A stretch of DNA of 64,000 nt from an uncultured Flavobacteriaceae bacterium. Its GTDB lineage: Bacteria > Bacteroidota > Bacteroidia > Flavobacteriales > Flavobacteriaceae. A program made the position numbers and the translations under genes. Every line of letters starts with the position of its first letter. Position 1 is the first letter of the stretch. The notes beneath the pieces were generated by a model. That model was not told the origin of the DNA, searched no databases, and saw nothing but the letters and a program-made list of their open reading frames with translations. The stretch spans positions 1,884 through 65,883 of the forward strand of contig CAWJQE010000008.1 in the NCBI GenBank assembly GCA_963844995.1, given 5' to 3'. Positions 1 through 10,568 of the stretch are shown piece after piece.

Positions 1-719
1 AGCGCTTCATAGGTGCTCTCATAAAATGAAGTAAAGGAGATGACCTCTTTTCCATTTAATATGGCGTCTAACAAAATATTCTCGAATTCTAACGGCATTT
101 TATCGTAGCTCTTCAGATTCAGGATAAAAGCATCTATTTTAGTCAGAGCCTTTACGAATTTTGGTCTTTCCAAAAAATGCAAATCTTCAATGCAATAGGT
201 AAGTTTTGTACGATAGGAAGTCTCAATGCCGTTCCCGTCTATTTGTTCAATGTAGTTTTCCTTACTATTATCTGCAGAATTGTCATAAACATAGAGTACC
301 TTTTTAGTAGCCGGGATCACTTTAAAAAGGCTTCCGAAAAAATATCTCCAAAGAAAAATCTCTATAGGAGGAAGCACTAAAAATGTTATTAGTGGCAGTC
401 TCCAAAAACTGGCGTCAAAAATAATGACGGTACTGATAAAGACAATAAAAACAAAAGATCCAACAATGTAAAAGGACTGCGATAGGGTGGTCCTTGTTTT
501 AAATGATTTTTCTAGATTATAAAAATTTAAAACGTAAGACAGTAGAAAATAAAATAGCAACCCAACTGTATAAAAACTGATTTTTATAACAGGAGAATCG
601 ATTTTTACATCTAAAGCGTCATTGATAAATACATTTAATGCAGAAAAAATTATAAAGAAATCCCCTAAGAATATTATTCCTTTCCGTTCGGGAGTATTTA
701 AAATTATTGGATTAATCAT
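1..719 (-). CDS. Polyprenyl glycosylphosphotransferase (WbaP/WcaJ-type sugar transferase), N-terminal part; runs off window edge
   Basis: Not in ORF track. ATG at 719 reads MINPIILNTPERKGIIFLGDFFIIFSALN...LYVYD...VISFTSFYESTYEA, open to base 1; several TM segments then a soluble domain; distal gene of the glycan cluster. Catalytic domain lies outside the window. Confidence 0.7.
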   Translation of the reverse strand, partial: MINPIILNTPERKGIIFLGDFFIIFSALNVFINDALDVKIDSPVIKISFYTVGLLFYFLLSYVLNFYNLEKSFKTRTTLSQSFYIVGSFVFIVFISTVIIFDASFWRLPLITFLVLPPIEIFLWRYFFGSLFKVIPATKKVLYVYDNSADNSKENYIEQIDGNGIETSYRTKLTYCIEDLHFLERPKFVKALTKIDAFILNLKSYDKMPLEFENILLDAILNGKEVISFTSFYESTYEA

Positions 720-862
720 TTATTTGGACACCAAGTGTTTTGCTATATATATACCAACACTATTTCTACTGTAAACTTAACTTTAATTTTGGAAAGGTCC
801 CCAATCTCTTACGAAACTAGTTCTCTGATCTGTCTATACAAGACATACTATGCCGTCATTAG

Positions 863-2164
863 CTAAGAAGGAATCTCTCGTTCTTCGTGATAATTCCTGT
901 AATAAAACAGGCTGTTGAAAAAGGCAAAAAGAACTATTCCCCAGTGTCTTTGAATAAGATTTTCGGATAAAAATCCCAAAATGAAAATCAGTAAGAAGGA
1001 CAAATACAAATAATCGTTTTGGGTCCATGCAAATCGAAACAAATAAACAAGCAGGAATATCAAAACCAGTAATCCCGGAATACCGTATCGCAATTGATAG
1101 TCCAGATATTGATTATGTGAATTAAAAAACTGCATCCGCCACAACTCCTTATTCTTTTTGTATGTGGCAATAAGTTCGTCCTCCACATCTCCGGTGCCAA
1201 AACCGATTAAAGGAGATTGTTGAATTAATTCTAAACTGTTTTTCCAAATAACGATGCGATTTGTTTTCCTGAACCAGAATGTATCGTAGGCCACCGCTAA
1301 TTTATCGTATTCATAATAATTTTTTAGTTCTTCTCCTTTGAGATAATTGTAATAGTCATACACCTCTTGTACGGCCCTGTTTGGCACTTTTTTTAAAAAC
1401 CAATACCCCATCAAAAAGGAGGCAGTTAAGATCAGGAAATAGAAGACTACACCACTTTTTACAGCGTTTTTATACCAATAGATAAAAGGAGACAGAAGAA
1501 ATACGACCATCAAAGTTACGAGCGGCATCTTTGCAGAAAGGGAGATCATAAATAAAATAAAAACAAGGATTACTAGGACTAACCCTACTCTATTATATCG
1601 GGATTTAACTTTGGGGAACAGGTAAATGAATGAAAAAATATTAAGTAAGAAGAATATAGAATAATAGGTAGGGTGCATTACCTCGATGGCAAAAAATTCG
1701 TTGAATTTAAAAATGAAATTTTCATCCATGAGCCTGGAAGGCAACGATGTAAAATCGTATTCTAAATACTCAAAAACACTGTGTGAATAGCACAGGAAGC
1801 TTCCCAGGGCAAAGACTATTAATAAAAAGGTGACTTGCCTCGAATTATACTTAATACTGACAAAAAGTAGCGGAAATATCAAAAAGCTCGTGAGCCTCCC
1901 AACAAAGCTTATTCCATACTCCAAATTTGAAGTGTATAATAGTCCTATAATGGCCAGAAGTAAGGGAGAAGACTGTATGATGATACTTTTGATCTCCTTT
2001 TGGCCTATCCAAAATTTTTGGCTTACTACCCCATAGAGCCAAAGGCAAAATGATAGGGCTATACCATAAGAATTGAGATTCAGATCAAATGGCAGAAGAA
2101 AAATTGAGATCCCCAGGAGACCAATTATAATTAACCGAAGATCAAATTTTGTGTTTAAAAACAT
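863..2164 (-). CDS. O-antigen ligase-family (Wzy_C) membrane protein
   Basis: 433 aa, many TM helices, motif NRIVIWKNSL...PLIGFGTGD...SHNQYLD. Confidence 0.85.
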   Translation of the reverse strand: MFLNTKFDLRLIIIGLLGISIFLLPFDLNLNSYGIALSFCLWLYGVVSQKFWIGQKEIKSIIIQSSPLLLAIIGLLYTSNLEYGISFVGRLTSFLIFPLLFVSIKYNSRQVTFLLIVFALGSFLCYSHSVFEYLEYDFTSLPSRLMDENFIFKFNEFFAIEVMHPTYYSIFFLLNIFSFIYLFPKVKSRYNRVGLVLVILVFILFMISLSAKMPLVTLMVVFLLSPFIYWYKNAVKSGVVFYFLILTASFLMGYWFLKKVPNRAVQEVYDYYNYLKGEELKNYYEYDKLAVAYDTFWFRKTNRIVIWKNSLELIQQSPLIGFGTGDVEDELIATYKKNKELWRMQFFNSHNQYLDYQLRYGIPGLLVLIFLLVYLFRFAWTQNDYLYLSFLLIFILGFLSENLIQRHWGIVLFAFFNSLFYYRNYHEEREIPS

Positions 2165-2976
2165 TAAGATCGAATAATTTTAAGGTAAAATTCGCTTAAC
2201 AATTTTTTGGGTAAAAGCCTTAATGGAATTCGCAAAGTAATCGCCTTTAAGTATTCAAAGCGATTAATAAATCCTATTTCGAGAAGCTTATTAAAAAAAT
2301 TGAGCTCCTTTTTAATATAGCTCCAACCCATTCTGCGCCCAATCATGTCTTTCCCTACTCTTACACTTACTAGTGATTCCTGAAGATTATGAAATACACA
2401 TTGCTTCATCAACATCCTTGCCCATAAATAATAGTCTTCAAAAAAAAGCATGGCCTGATAATTTCCGGAAGCCAATATTTTGCTTTTTTTGGCTATGACC
2501 GTTACGTGATTAACGGCATTTCTAATTTTTAATTTTTTTCTTATCTGTGTATTCTTTTCAGGAACTTTTCTCAACGCCAGTGGTGATTCGGGTGCCGTAA
2601 TAAACTCTTCAATAAAGCACCCCAACACATCAATGGAGGGAGTTTGTTTTAAAAAGTCTATCTGCGTGTTAAAGCGTTCACTTTTGGAAATATCATCTGA
2701 GTCCATCCTTGCAATGTATTCTGTTGTGCAATGCGTTAAGCCGATGGAAAGTGCCACTCCCAGGCCAGAATTCTCTGGAAGTACTACATTGGTAACAGGC
2801 GCCAGTTTGGCAAAATTTTCTATTACCTCCAGCAAAGAGGTTGGTATCGGACCATCCTGTACAATTACGATTTGAGTTGGTTTAAGGGTCTGCGTGGTCC
2901 AGATACTCGCCAATGCTTCCCTGAGGTATATTGGATGATCATTTCCGTAGACAGACATCAATACCGAGAATTCCAT
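2164..2976 (-). CDS. Glycosyltransferase family 2 (AmsE-like)
   Basis: FSVLMSVY, VQDGP, YIARMDSDD, FEDYYLW motifs. Confidence 0.9.
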   Translation of the reverse strand: MEFSVLMSVYGNDHPIYLREALASIWTTQTLKPTQIVIVQDGPIPTSLLEVIENFAKLAPVTNVVLPENSGLGVALSIGLTHCTTEYIARMDSDDISKSERFNTQIDFLKQTPSIDVLGCFIEEFITAPESPLALRKVPEKNTQIRKKLKIRNAVNHVTVIAKKSKILASGNYQAMLFFEDYYLWARMLMKQCVFHNLQESLVSVRVGKDMIGRRMGWSYIKKELNFFNKLLEIGFINRFEYLKAITLRIPLRLLPKKLLSEFYLKIIRS

Positions 2977-4256
2977 TACGATTCGTTGTTAATTAGCGCC
3001 TCCTCTTTTGGTTCATACAGAATATTAATTACCAAATACATGAGGATAAAATATATTCCGACATTGGAGATATTTATAATTATATCTGTAAACCCCAGCA
3101 ATAATATATAATTAATTATCGCAGGTATTGCCAAATGTATAATGTCCCTGTTTACCTTATACTGTTTAATACAATAATGTACCACATAGTACAAAACGCT
3201 GAAAAAGGAAATAATTCCTGCGAGCCCCACATCTACCAGCATTTGCAATGTGTTGTTGTGCAGGCTAATTTCTCTCGGATTGGGCCAGTTTGCAAACAGA
3301 TATTCATACTCTGCAGAAATACCCGAAATTAATTGACCTACATTTCCATATCCAAAGAGCAATTCTGAAAAAGTCGGCTTATAATTTTCAAAAAATATTT
3401 CCCATATCACATCCCGCCAGGAAAGCAAGGTGGCATTTTCTCTTGAAAGTTGATCAATATCAAAAATATAGGTATCTACTAAAAATATGACAGAAATAAA
3501 TAAACTAACGGATAAAATAAAAAACAGGAAGAAAAATAGTTGATTTCGAATCCAAAATCTCCTCATTAAAAAAATAAACATCAGGATAATTATAAATCCA
3601 AAAATGGGACCACGAGAATCTGTGAGCAATAAGGCGGTTAAACTTACGCCCAGACTAAATACATACCAGCGTTCTTTTGTTTTTAACCACAGAAACAAAG
3701 ACACTATACTGGAAACTCCGCAGATCATGGCAAAGTAGGCCAGGCTTGGTGAGAAAATAAAAAACACCCTATCTATGTGGATATTTAGCAAACCAAAGAT
3801 TGAATTAATCCCTGCATATCTTGGTTTTACAAAGCCTAATAGGTAGCAGAATACATTGAGAAATATATAGGTATTCAAAATGTAGTACAGGACCTTGATG
3901 ACCTGCATCTTAGTAAGCTTAATTTTATTTGCCGCAGTGACCTGAACGATGATCACGGTAAAAAAAAATAAGAACACATTTATAAGGCCCTTAAAGGACA
4001 GGTCGGTAAGATTGTACTGTCGTATCAAAGAGATGATAAACAGTGAAATATATATCCAGAATAGGGCGTGGATCACACTTTTTTTGAAGACGACGGTATT
4101 CACGAAAATAAGGGTGAAAAACAAAATGCCCATTAATCCTATTGAAAAAAAAGTAGAATAAATGGTGCCCGCTAAGGATTTGGAGATCAAAAGAAATGAA
4201 AAACTCAAAATGAGCAGAATATGATAATATTTCTCAAAACTTATTTTAAGATTCAT
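2976..4256 (-). CDS. O-antigen polymerase (Wzy)/ligase-family membrane protein
   Basis: 426 aa, highly hydrophobic; TDSRG, SWRDVIWE...LFGYG, LHNNTLQ motifs. Confidence 0.75.
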   Translation of the reverse strand: MNLKISFEKYYHILLILSFSFLLISKSLAGTIYSTFFSIGLMGILFFTLIFVNTVVFKKSVIHALFWIYISLFIISLIRQYNLTDLSFKGLINVFLFFFTVIIVQVTAANKIKLTKMQVIKVLYYILNTYIFLNVFCYLLGFVKPRYAGINSIFGLLNIHIDRVFFIFSPSLAYFAMICGVSSIVSLFLWLKTKERWYVFSLGVSLTALLLTDSRGPIFGFIIILMFIFLMRRFWIRNQLFFFLFFILSVSLFISVIFLVDTYIFDIDQLSRENATLLSWRDVIWEIFFENYKPTFSELLFGYGNVGQLISGISAEYEYLFANWPNPREISLHNNTLQMLVDVGLAGIISFFSVLYYVVHYCIKQYKVNRDIIHLAIPAIINYILLLGFTDIIINISNVGIYFILMYLVINILYEPKEEALINNES

Positions 4257-4264
4257 TTTCTTTC

Positions 4265-5107
4265 TTAAAACTTAATAAAACCTTTAACCCTTGTAATTAG
4301 AAAAGCCCAATATATTGCCATCTTTTTTTGATCTAGCGTCACCAAGCCCAAAAGAAGTCCCCCAGCAGGTGCAACTATCATAAAATAAAAGGCTGTGGGG
4401 AATATAAAAAATAGATGTTTCTTAAAATAGGCCCCATGACCCAGGCCGTGTTTCTTTATCTTTTTTATTAAATCCCCGGTCTTTAATTCGGAATGGTCCG
4501 GATGTAAAACAAAATAAGAATCTGAAAAATAACAGGCTTTACCCCTTTTAAAATACTGGGTGACAAAATCAAATTCCTCGCAACTTGGGAACGCGGTACC
4601 AAGCCCCAAACGTTCATCGAACATGATATCGCCATAATTCTTCCCGAAGATAGAAATGGAGGTAATTGTCTTAAAAATGTCGTTCTTTGACATCATAAAT
4701 TGGCCACTGACTTTTTTGGTATAGGGGAGTTTTTTGTTTGTAACCGGATCTCTGGTATCTGTCGCCAGGAGATCTATTTCAGGATGATCTCTTAAAAATG
4801 AATGCACCTCAGCAAGCAATTTGGGTGGATATAAGCAATCGTCATCCGGGAATGAAATATATTCCCCTTTTGCCGCCTGAAGTCCTACATTTCTGGCTTT
4901 GGAAAGGCCGGGAGCCGATCTTAAATAAATTATTTCAAAAGACCAATTGCCATTTTCAACGACCTCCTTAATTTCATTACCAGAGTTTTGATCAATAAGG
5001 ATTACCTCAAAATCCTGAAATTCCTGCTTGTTTAGACTTGCCAGAAGTTCCTCAATGCAGAAGCGCTTATCAATTCCTAAAGTCGCTAATGCCAGGCTAA
5101 ATGTCAT
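4265..5107 (-). CDS. Glycosyltransferase family 2
   Basis: EVILIDQN, GLSKARNVGL, ISFPDDD motifs. Confidence 0.9.
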   Translation of the reverse strand: MTFSLALATLGIDKRFCIEELLASLNKQEFQDFEVILIDQNSGNEIKEVVENGNWSFEIIYLRSAPGLSKARNVGLQAAKGEYISFPDDDCLYPPKLLAEVHSFLRDHPEIDLLATDTRDPVTNKKLPYTKKVSGQFMMSKNDIFKTITSISIFGKNYGDIMFDERLGLGTAFPSCEEFDFVTQYFKRGKACYFSDSYFVLHPDHSELKTGDLIKKIKKHGLGHGAYFKKHLFFIFPTAFYFMIVAPAGGLLLGLVTLDQKKMAIYWAFLITRVKGFIKF

Positions 5108-5913
5108 TTGGAGAACAAAGAATTATAGTTTACACGGTCAAAAATATCCAATTTTCCTCCATCCGTGGCATTGTATATTTTACGTCCGTCTAGTTCGTAC
5201 ATGGTTTTAGCCATTTTATAACTCTTCAAAACGTTGTGCAGCTTAGGATCGTGCCATTTTTTGCCTTTCCCAAAATAATCCGGATGAAAGTGATTTACAT
5301 CATCTTCTGTACTTTCAAATACATGTCCATCTATTTTTAGGCTTTCAGGAATGTCATAGTTAAAATCCATCCCAATTAAATACACTTTCTCAAATCCGAG
5401 ATAATAAGCCAGTTGCAAATTAACTATGGTTACAGATTGTCCACAATAGATTCGATCTGAACAATCTACGGAGAATCTTGGAATTTCAAAATAGGCACTT
5501 CGTTGTTCATAAAAAGATCTGTCCATATTAAAAAAATAGGTGTTCTTTCTATTTCGAATATCTTTTTTATAGATGCTGGGGAAGAAATTGTAATCACATT
5601 TAAATTGATTAATTCGTGCCTTATTGTCCTGCATTACAGCCCCGTCCTCAACCACATAAAAGGTAGGTACGTACCCCATTTCGTCCGTTTTATAAAAAAT
5701 TCCATTAACTGCGAAACTGTACTCCTCTTCCAGAAGGTTTAAGTCCATTTTATTCAGTGAAGGGCCATTTCCCAGTATAAAACACCGTCCCCCTTTAAAT
5801 TTATCCTTGAGGCCTTTTATTTTTTTCTTGTCATACCCAAATATGATTCCAGGCTGATTTAGGTACCACAAGGGCAAACTTTTCTTGACTAAGTTTTTAG
5901 CGCTTTTAATCAT
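5104..5913 (-). CDS. Maf/DUF115 (MptE-like) putative CMP-ulosonate-dependent glycosyltransferase
   Basis: RCFILGNGPSLN, QLAYYLGFEKVYLIGMDF, IYNAT.GG.L motifs typical of the family. Confidence 0.75.
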   Translation of the reverse strand: MIKSAKNLVKKSLPLWYLNQPGIIFGYDKKKIKGLKDKFKGGRCFILGNGPSLNKMDLNLLEEEYSFAVNGIFYKTDEMGYVPTFYVVEDGAVMQDNKARINQFKCDYNFFPSIYKKDIRNRKNTYFFNMDRSFYEQRSAYFEIPRFSVDCSDRIYCGQSVTIVNLQLAYYLGFEKVYLIGMDFNYDIPESLKIDGHVFESTEDDVNHFHPDYFGKGKKWHDPKLHNVLKSYKMAKTMYELDGRKIYNATDGGKLDIFDRVNYNSLFSK

Positions 5914-6692
5914 TCTTTCTCTATTATATCTTTTAGTGCTCTCTCTATTAACATCATTCCTTCTGCAGACATATGAATGTTATCGCATGTATATTTTCGG
6001 ACTTCCACCATGGTAAATGAAGTGAAGTCCACTATTTTGATCTCGGGATGCAATAATTGTTTTAAAATAATGCTTTTGTTATTCACCATATTGATGTTGG
6101 CAGGTCTTTCTCTTTTGTAATTCCCGGCCCATTTGAGATCTACAGGGTTGCAAGTTATCCAAATTAATTGAGGAATCTTATTAAACCTTACGGCTATTTC
6201 ACCTAACTGTTCTTCGGGAAGGATGGCGGCAGTAGGTTCTCCATTATAGGTTTCTTTGTATCGTTTGGTCTTTAAGCTTCTGTTATAGTAGTCCTGTCCG
6301 AAACAGCTAGTTATTTTGATCCTCTTTAGTTTCAGGATCGCCTGAATAGTAGCTTCAGGTCTTGGAGAGAAATCCACTACCCCAATATGCGCAATTGTAT
6401 ACTTGTATCCTCTGTGTTGAAGTTTGGAATACGTATATAAAAAATCGTAGATAGTTGTATGTTTTTGAGGGCAAATAAAGACATCACAATTGTACCGTTT
6501 TATAAAATAGAGTAAATAGGAGGAAAACGGACTTTTTCGGTTGCGGATTTTACTGATCTCAAATCCACGGGAATCAGTAAATATAAAAAGTCGGGGTTTT
6601 CTAAAATTCAACAGTTTGTAGAATCCTAGAAAGACATATGTTCTTATGTTGACCAGAACATATAAAAAATGTCTGATTTTTGTTTTAATCAA
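5910..6692 (-). CDS. Hypothetical protein with SGNH-like motifs (possible glycan O-acyltransferase/esterase)
   Basis: FTDSRG (block I-like), IGVVD, C-terminal DNIH (DxxH). Confidence 0.45.
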   Translation of the reverse strand: MIKTKIRHFLYVLVNIRTYVFLGFYKLLNFRKPRLFIFTDSRGFEISKIRNRKSPFSSYLLYFIKRYNCDVFICPQKHTTIYDFLYTYSKLQHRGYKYTIAHIGVVDFSPRPEATIQAILKLKRIKITSCFGQDYYNRSLKTKRYKETYNGEPTAAILPEEQLGEIAVRFNKIPQLIWITCNPVDLKWAGNYKRERPANINMVNNKSIILKQLLHPEIKIVDFTSFTMVEVRKYTCDNIHMSAEGMMLIERALKDIIEKE

Positions 6693-8056
6693 CTGATACC
6701 GTACATTATAATTAAACTAATTACCAAAGCAAATGTAGCCTTCATTAGATATTGTTTCCAGTAGCCGGCTAAAGAAATATCCATTAATTTTAAAGATCTC
6801 CTGAGGATACTGTACATTGGGAATGCAACCGAAACGATATAGGCCGCAGGAATGGCGTATAATCCCAGCATAGGAATGGCGCTCAAAGTTATTCCAATAA
6901 ACAATACTGATAAAAATAGATATTGCTTGTAGTGCTCAATGTCGTTGCTAAACATGATTACCTGAGAATGCATGGCTGTAAATCTTTCCAGAATAAGCAT
7001 TAGTAGCAGTGGCATCATTAAAGATATTGAAATAAACTCTGTCTTCGCATCAACTAGAGATAAAGCATAATCAGCACCAAAACTTAGAACGCATATCCCT
7101 ATTATGAATAATAAGAGGGAATACTCCAATTTAGAGTAGGCCTTTTGTGCGGTTTCCCTGATTTTTCCTTGCTTAAATTTTTTAATGAACTCAGGTAAAT
7201 AAGAGTAAAATGGAGCCCACGAAAATTCATTGATAAAATTAATTATTCTCATGGAAAACAAATAAGACGCCACAATTTCTACCGCAAAGAAATTGGGAAT
7301 CATAATATTAATAAGGTTGTTGGCGCCATTTGAAGAGAAGGAGATCAATGCCGATTTCCATGTAGGCCTCCAATATTCGGCCAGAATAGACTTTTCAAAA
7401 GAGAAGTTCAGAAAGCTAAAATTGAATTGCACCACTTTTTTAAGCAGAAAAATATTCTTTAGGCTATTGATTAAATTGAATAATTGATTTACTAAAACCA
7501 CCAAATAAAAGGGGAATTCTAAGAGAATGGCTATAATGGTAGCGATGCCCGAGACGAAATACATGACGGCATTCCAGTTATTGAACAAGGATACCTTGTT
7601 AAGTCCTTTGATAAAAGCATCATTTTTTTTCAAAAAGAAGTTGATCGGTAAAATCGCAGATAAGATAATATAGGCCGTAAGACCATTAGCAATATTGTTA
7701 GCCTCAACTACTTCATGTACAGACAAATACCCAATTAGAACCAGAAAAAAGATAACAAAAATTACAAGCAGGGCAAAAACGGTATTCATGGAACCATACA
7801 ATACCTGGAAATTTTTTCTGAAATATGCCGGATCCTCATGGGCAAAGCTATAAGCAGTAAACCGAATGATTGTAGTTGAAAATCCTATGTCGAATAGATG
7901 TGCAAAGCCCTGAATACTTGTGAATAGATACCATAAAGCAATCTCCCCTACACTGAATTTCCTAATGATAAGGGTTGTCAGTACCAGTAACACCAGCATT
8001 TTGGATCCTGAAAAGACCCAACTTGAGAACATTGGGTTCCCGAATAATCGTCTCAT
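6689..8056 (-). CDS. wzx: Wzx-type polysaccharide flippase
   Basis: 455 aa multi-TM protein; LFDIGFSTTIIR motif; position within the glycan cluster. Confidence 0.8.
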   Translation of the reverse strand: MRRLFGNPMFSSWVFSGSKMLVLLVLTTLIIRKFSVGEIALWYLFTSIQGFAHLFDIGFSTTIIRFTAYSFAHEDPAYFRKNFQVLYGSMNTVFALLVIFVIFFLVLIGYLSVHEVVEANNIANGLTAYIILSAILPINFFLKKNDAFIKGLNKVSLFNNWNAVMYFVSGIATIIAILLEFPFYLVVLVNQLFNLINSLKNIFLLKKVVQFNFSFLNFSFEKSILAEYWRPTWKSALISFSSNGANNLINIMIPNFFAVEIVASYLFSMRIINFINEFSWAPFYSYLPEFIKKFKQGKIRETAQKAYSKLEYSLLLFIIGICVLSFGADYALSLVDAKTEFISISLMMPLLLMLILERFTAMHSQVIMFSNDIEHYKQYLFLSVLFIGITLSAIPMLGLYAIPAAYIVSVAFPMYSILRRSLKLMDISLAGYWKQYLMKATFALVISLIIMYGIS

Positions 8057-8994
8057 GGATTCTCCGATACTAGACGAAGTAAATTATTTACTGCCATGGT
8101 TCCTTGTCTCTCTACGCTTTGGAAGGTACGTGATCCAACATGAGGGGTAATGATAACGTTTTCTACCCCCATGAGTACTTCATTCTTATTAATTGGTTCT
8201 TCAGAAAGTACATCGGTTAAATAAGCCCGTATTTTTTTATCCTTTAATCCTGCTACTATGGCATTTGGATCTACCAAATTACCCCTCGACGTATTAATGA
8301 TAATAGGGCACTTCTCTAATTTTTTAAAAATCACCTCCTCGTTGATAATTCTCTCTGTCTCTGGAGTGAGTGGAACATGAAGGCTGATAATATCTGCATT
8401 TTTAAATATTTTCCCGATGTATTCTACAAACTGAATTGTGGGATATTTTTTTAGAAATTCTGTATCCCTGTAAATATCGAAGGTTAATACGTGCATTCCG
8501 AGGGCAACACATCGTATAGCTAATTCCCGCCCTATGGCTCCAAGTCCGACGATCCCGATGGTTTTACCAAAGATCTCATGTCCCACCCATCGTTTCCAAC
8601 TACCTTCTTTTGTGGAATTGCATTGTAGATGTATGTTTTTCTCAAAAGTAAAGAGCAGGGCCAACACATGTTCGGCCACAGAGACCTGATTTACTCCCGG
8701 GCAATTTGTGACCGGTATTCCAAATTTCTTTGCTGCCTGAAGGTCTATCTTATCTAAGCCAACTCCATATTTAGAGATATACTTCAATTTACCTTCCACT
8801 CCTTTTCTGATTACCTTTTCAGTATATTCGTCATCTCCACAGATTACAGCGTCGTATTTCGCAATAACATCTAGTAATTCAGCCTCCTTAATGGGACCTC
8901 TTAAGGTATCAATAGAAAACCCTTGTGCTTTTAATAGTTCCTGATGTTTGCCTGGAGTATCCTGAAACGAAGTTGAAGTAAGCAAGACATTCAT
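8053..8994 (-). CDS. D-isomer-specific 2-hydroxyacid dehydrogenase (phosphoglycerate dehydrogenase-like)
   Basis: KYGVGLDKID, GKTIGIVGLGAIG, SLHVP, INTSRG, ITPHVG. Confidence 0.9.
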   Translation of the reverse strand: MNVLLTSTSFQDTPGKHQELLKAQGFSIDTLRGPIKEAELLDVIAKYDAVICGDDEYTEKVIRKGVEGKLKYISKYGVGLDKIDLQAAKKFGIPVTNCPGVNQVSVAEHVLALLFTFEKNIHLQCNSTKEGSWKRWVGHEIFGKTIGIVGLGAIGRELAIRCVALGMHVLTFDIYRDTEFLKKYPTIQFVEYIGKIFKNADIISLHVPLTPETERIINEEVIFKKLEKCPIIINTSRGNLVDPNAIVAGLKDKKIRAYLTDVLSEEPINKNEVLMGVENVIITPHVGSRTFQSVERQGTMAVNNLLRLVSENP

Positions 8995-8995
8995 A

Positions 8996-9652
8996 TTACA
9001 AATATTTGTGGTCTATTAGTGTATCTTCCAATTCAATAAAGGATTCAAACCGCATGCCCTGGTATTCTTTAAACAGCTCCTTGTTTTCATCATTATCCCG
9101 CAAGGCAAAAAGAAGCCCCGAATGTTCAGCAGCTTTTTTATCTGTCGTCGCATCCCCTAAAAAAATAGTTTCATTCCTTTCTAACTTAAACTTGTCGATA
9201 AGGAATTCCGTCCAATGAATTTTATTTTCCGGCGACCCATGAATGCCCTTAAAAAAATGAGCCAGATTCTTCTCTTTTGCAATAATTTCTATTTCATTCG
9301 TAGGGGTACCGGTAATGATCCAACAATTTATTTTCTTATGATACTTTTCCAAAAATCCACGTACACCCGTAACTTCCTCCGCATCTATTACTTTTTGCAT
9401 AACCAAATTGGAAAACTGTTCGGCCATTGCTTCAACCTCTTCCTGACTTAGGTCTCTATTAAAAAAATTCTTTTCCCAGTGCTTAAATTTTTCGAATCTG
9501 GATACCCCACCATGTTTTATATGATAATCTACCACTTCATTTGCGATAGATGCCCCATAAGGCAGATACATTTCCCTAAAGGCCTCCGTTTTAGCGGTAA
9601 CCGATTCTGCTACAACACCATCAAAATCAAAAAAGATATTTTTTAAGCCCAT
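8996..9652 (-). CDS. HAD-superfamily phosphatase
   Basis: FFDFDGVV motif I; FLGDATTD motif IV. Confidence 0.9.
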   Translation of the reverse strand: MGLKNIFFDFDGVVAESVTAKTEAFREMYLPYGASIANEVVDYHIKHGGVSRFEKFKHWEKNFFNRDLSQEEVEAMAEQFSNLVMQKVIDAEEVTGVRGFLEKYHKKINCWIITGTPTNEIEIIAKEKNLAHFFKGIHGSPENKIHWTEFLIDKFKLERNETIFLGDATTDKKAAEHSGLLFALRDNDENKELFKEYQGMRFESFIELEDTLIDHKYL

Positions 9653-9686
9653 TTTCTAAACACCTCTTGTTCAACAAGGTACCGGG

Positions 9687-10568
9687 TTATTTCTCATTTT
9701 TATAAACCGCTCTGATACATTCTAAAATACCCTGACCCATATCTATGTGTGGGTTGGAGGTCAGTTTTTTACTTACACTTGGTTCAAAAGAATAAGGGGT
9801 GAACTTATAGTGGTTTTGATAGCCAGAATCGTTACAGTTAATATTTATTTCATTATTTAATATTTCATTGATCATATTAAATAACTCTATTCTTTTCATT
9901 CGATCTGTCCCTGTAAGGATCACATGAAGGTTTAAAAATGTATCCGATTCAATGACATCTACTGATAGTTTTGCGGCGTCTGCGGCATGAATATACTCCC
10001 TAATTTCATTGCCGTCCCCATGATGATTAATTTCTTTGTTCAATACAGCCTTTTTTATCAAATTATAGATGTAATTATTGTCATAATCCCGCTCGGAGTA
10101 AACAGATCCAAACCTCAAAATTACAAATGGCAGATTGTGTTTTTTGTGATATTCCTCAATGATCTTTTCAGAGGCCAGTTTACTAATGCCATAAAAAGAT
10201 CCCTTATTGCTCATAGCGTAAGCACTACTCGCGTAAACATACTTTTCAACCTTGTGTAGCAGACATTGTTCTATAATGTACATATTGCCTATTACATTGA
10301 GGTTCATAGTTTTTATGGGCAGCTTTATCGCGCTATCCAAATTTGCAAAACCTGCCAGGTTGTAAACTATTTGAAATTGCTCAGAATTAAAGACCTCCTC
10401 AACTGCCTTCTCGTCAAAAATATCGCACTTAACGAACCGAACCTTTTCCATAAGCTCTGGGTTCTCCATTATATCGGCAACGGTAATTTTATATCCCCTA
10501 CTCAGAAGCTCTTTAACCAGGTAGTATCCTAAAAATCCGAACCCTCCAAATACAAGTACCTTTTTCAT
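9687..10568 (-). CDS. NAD(P)-dependent epimerase/dehydratase/oxidoreductase (extended SDR)
   Basis: VFGGFGFLG, YASS, YGISK (YxxxK), REYIHAAD. Confidence 0.85.
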   Translation of the reverse strand: MKKVLVFGGFGFLGYYLVKELLSRGYKITVADIMENPELMEKVRFVKCDIFDEKAVEEVFNSEQFQIVYNLAGFANLDSAIKLPIKTMNLNVIGNMYIIEQCLLHKVEKYVYASSAYAMSNKGSFYGISKLASEKIIEEYHKKHNLPFVILRFGSVYSERDYDNNYIYNLIKKAVLNKEINHHGDGNEIREYIHAADAAKLSVDVIESDTFLNLHVILTGTDRMKRIELFNMINEILNNEININCNDSGYQNHYKFTPYSFEPSVSKKLTSNPHIDMGQGILECIRAVYKNEK

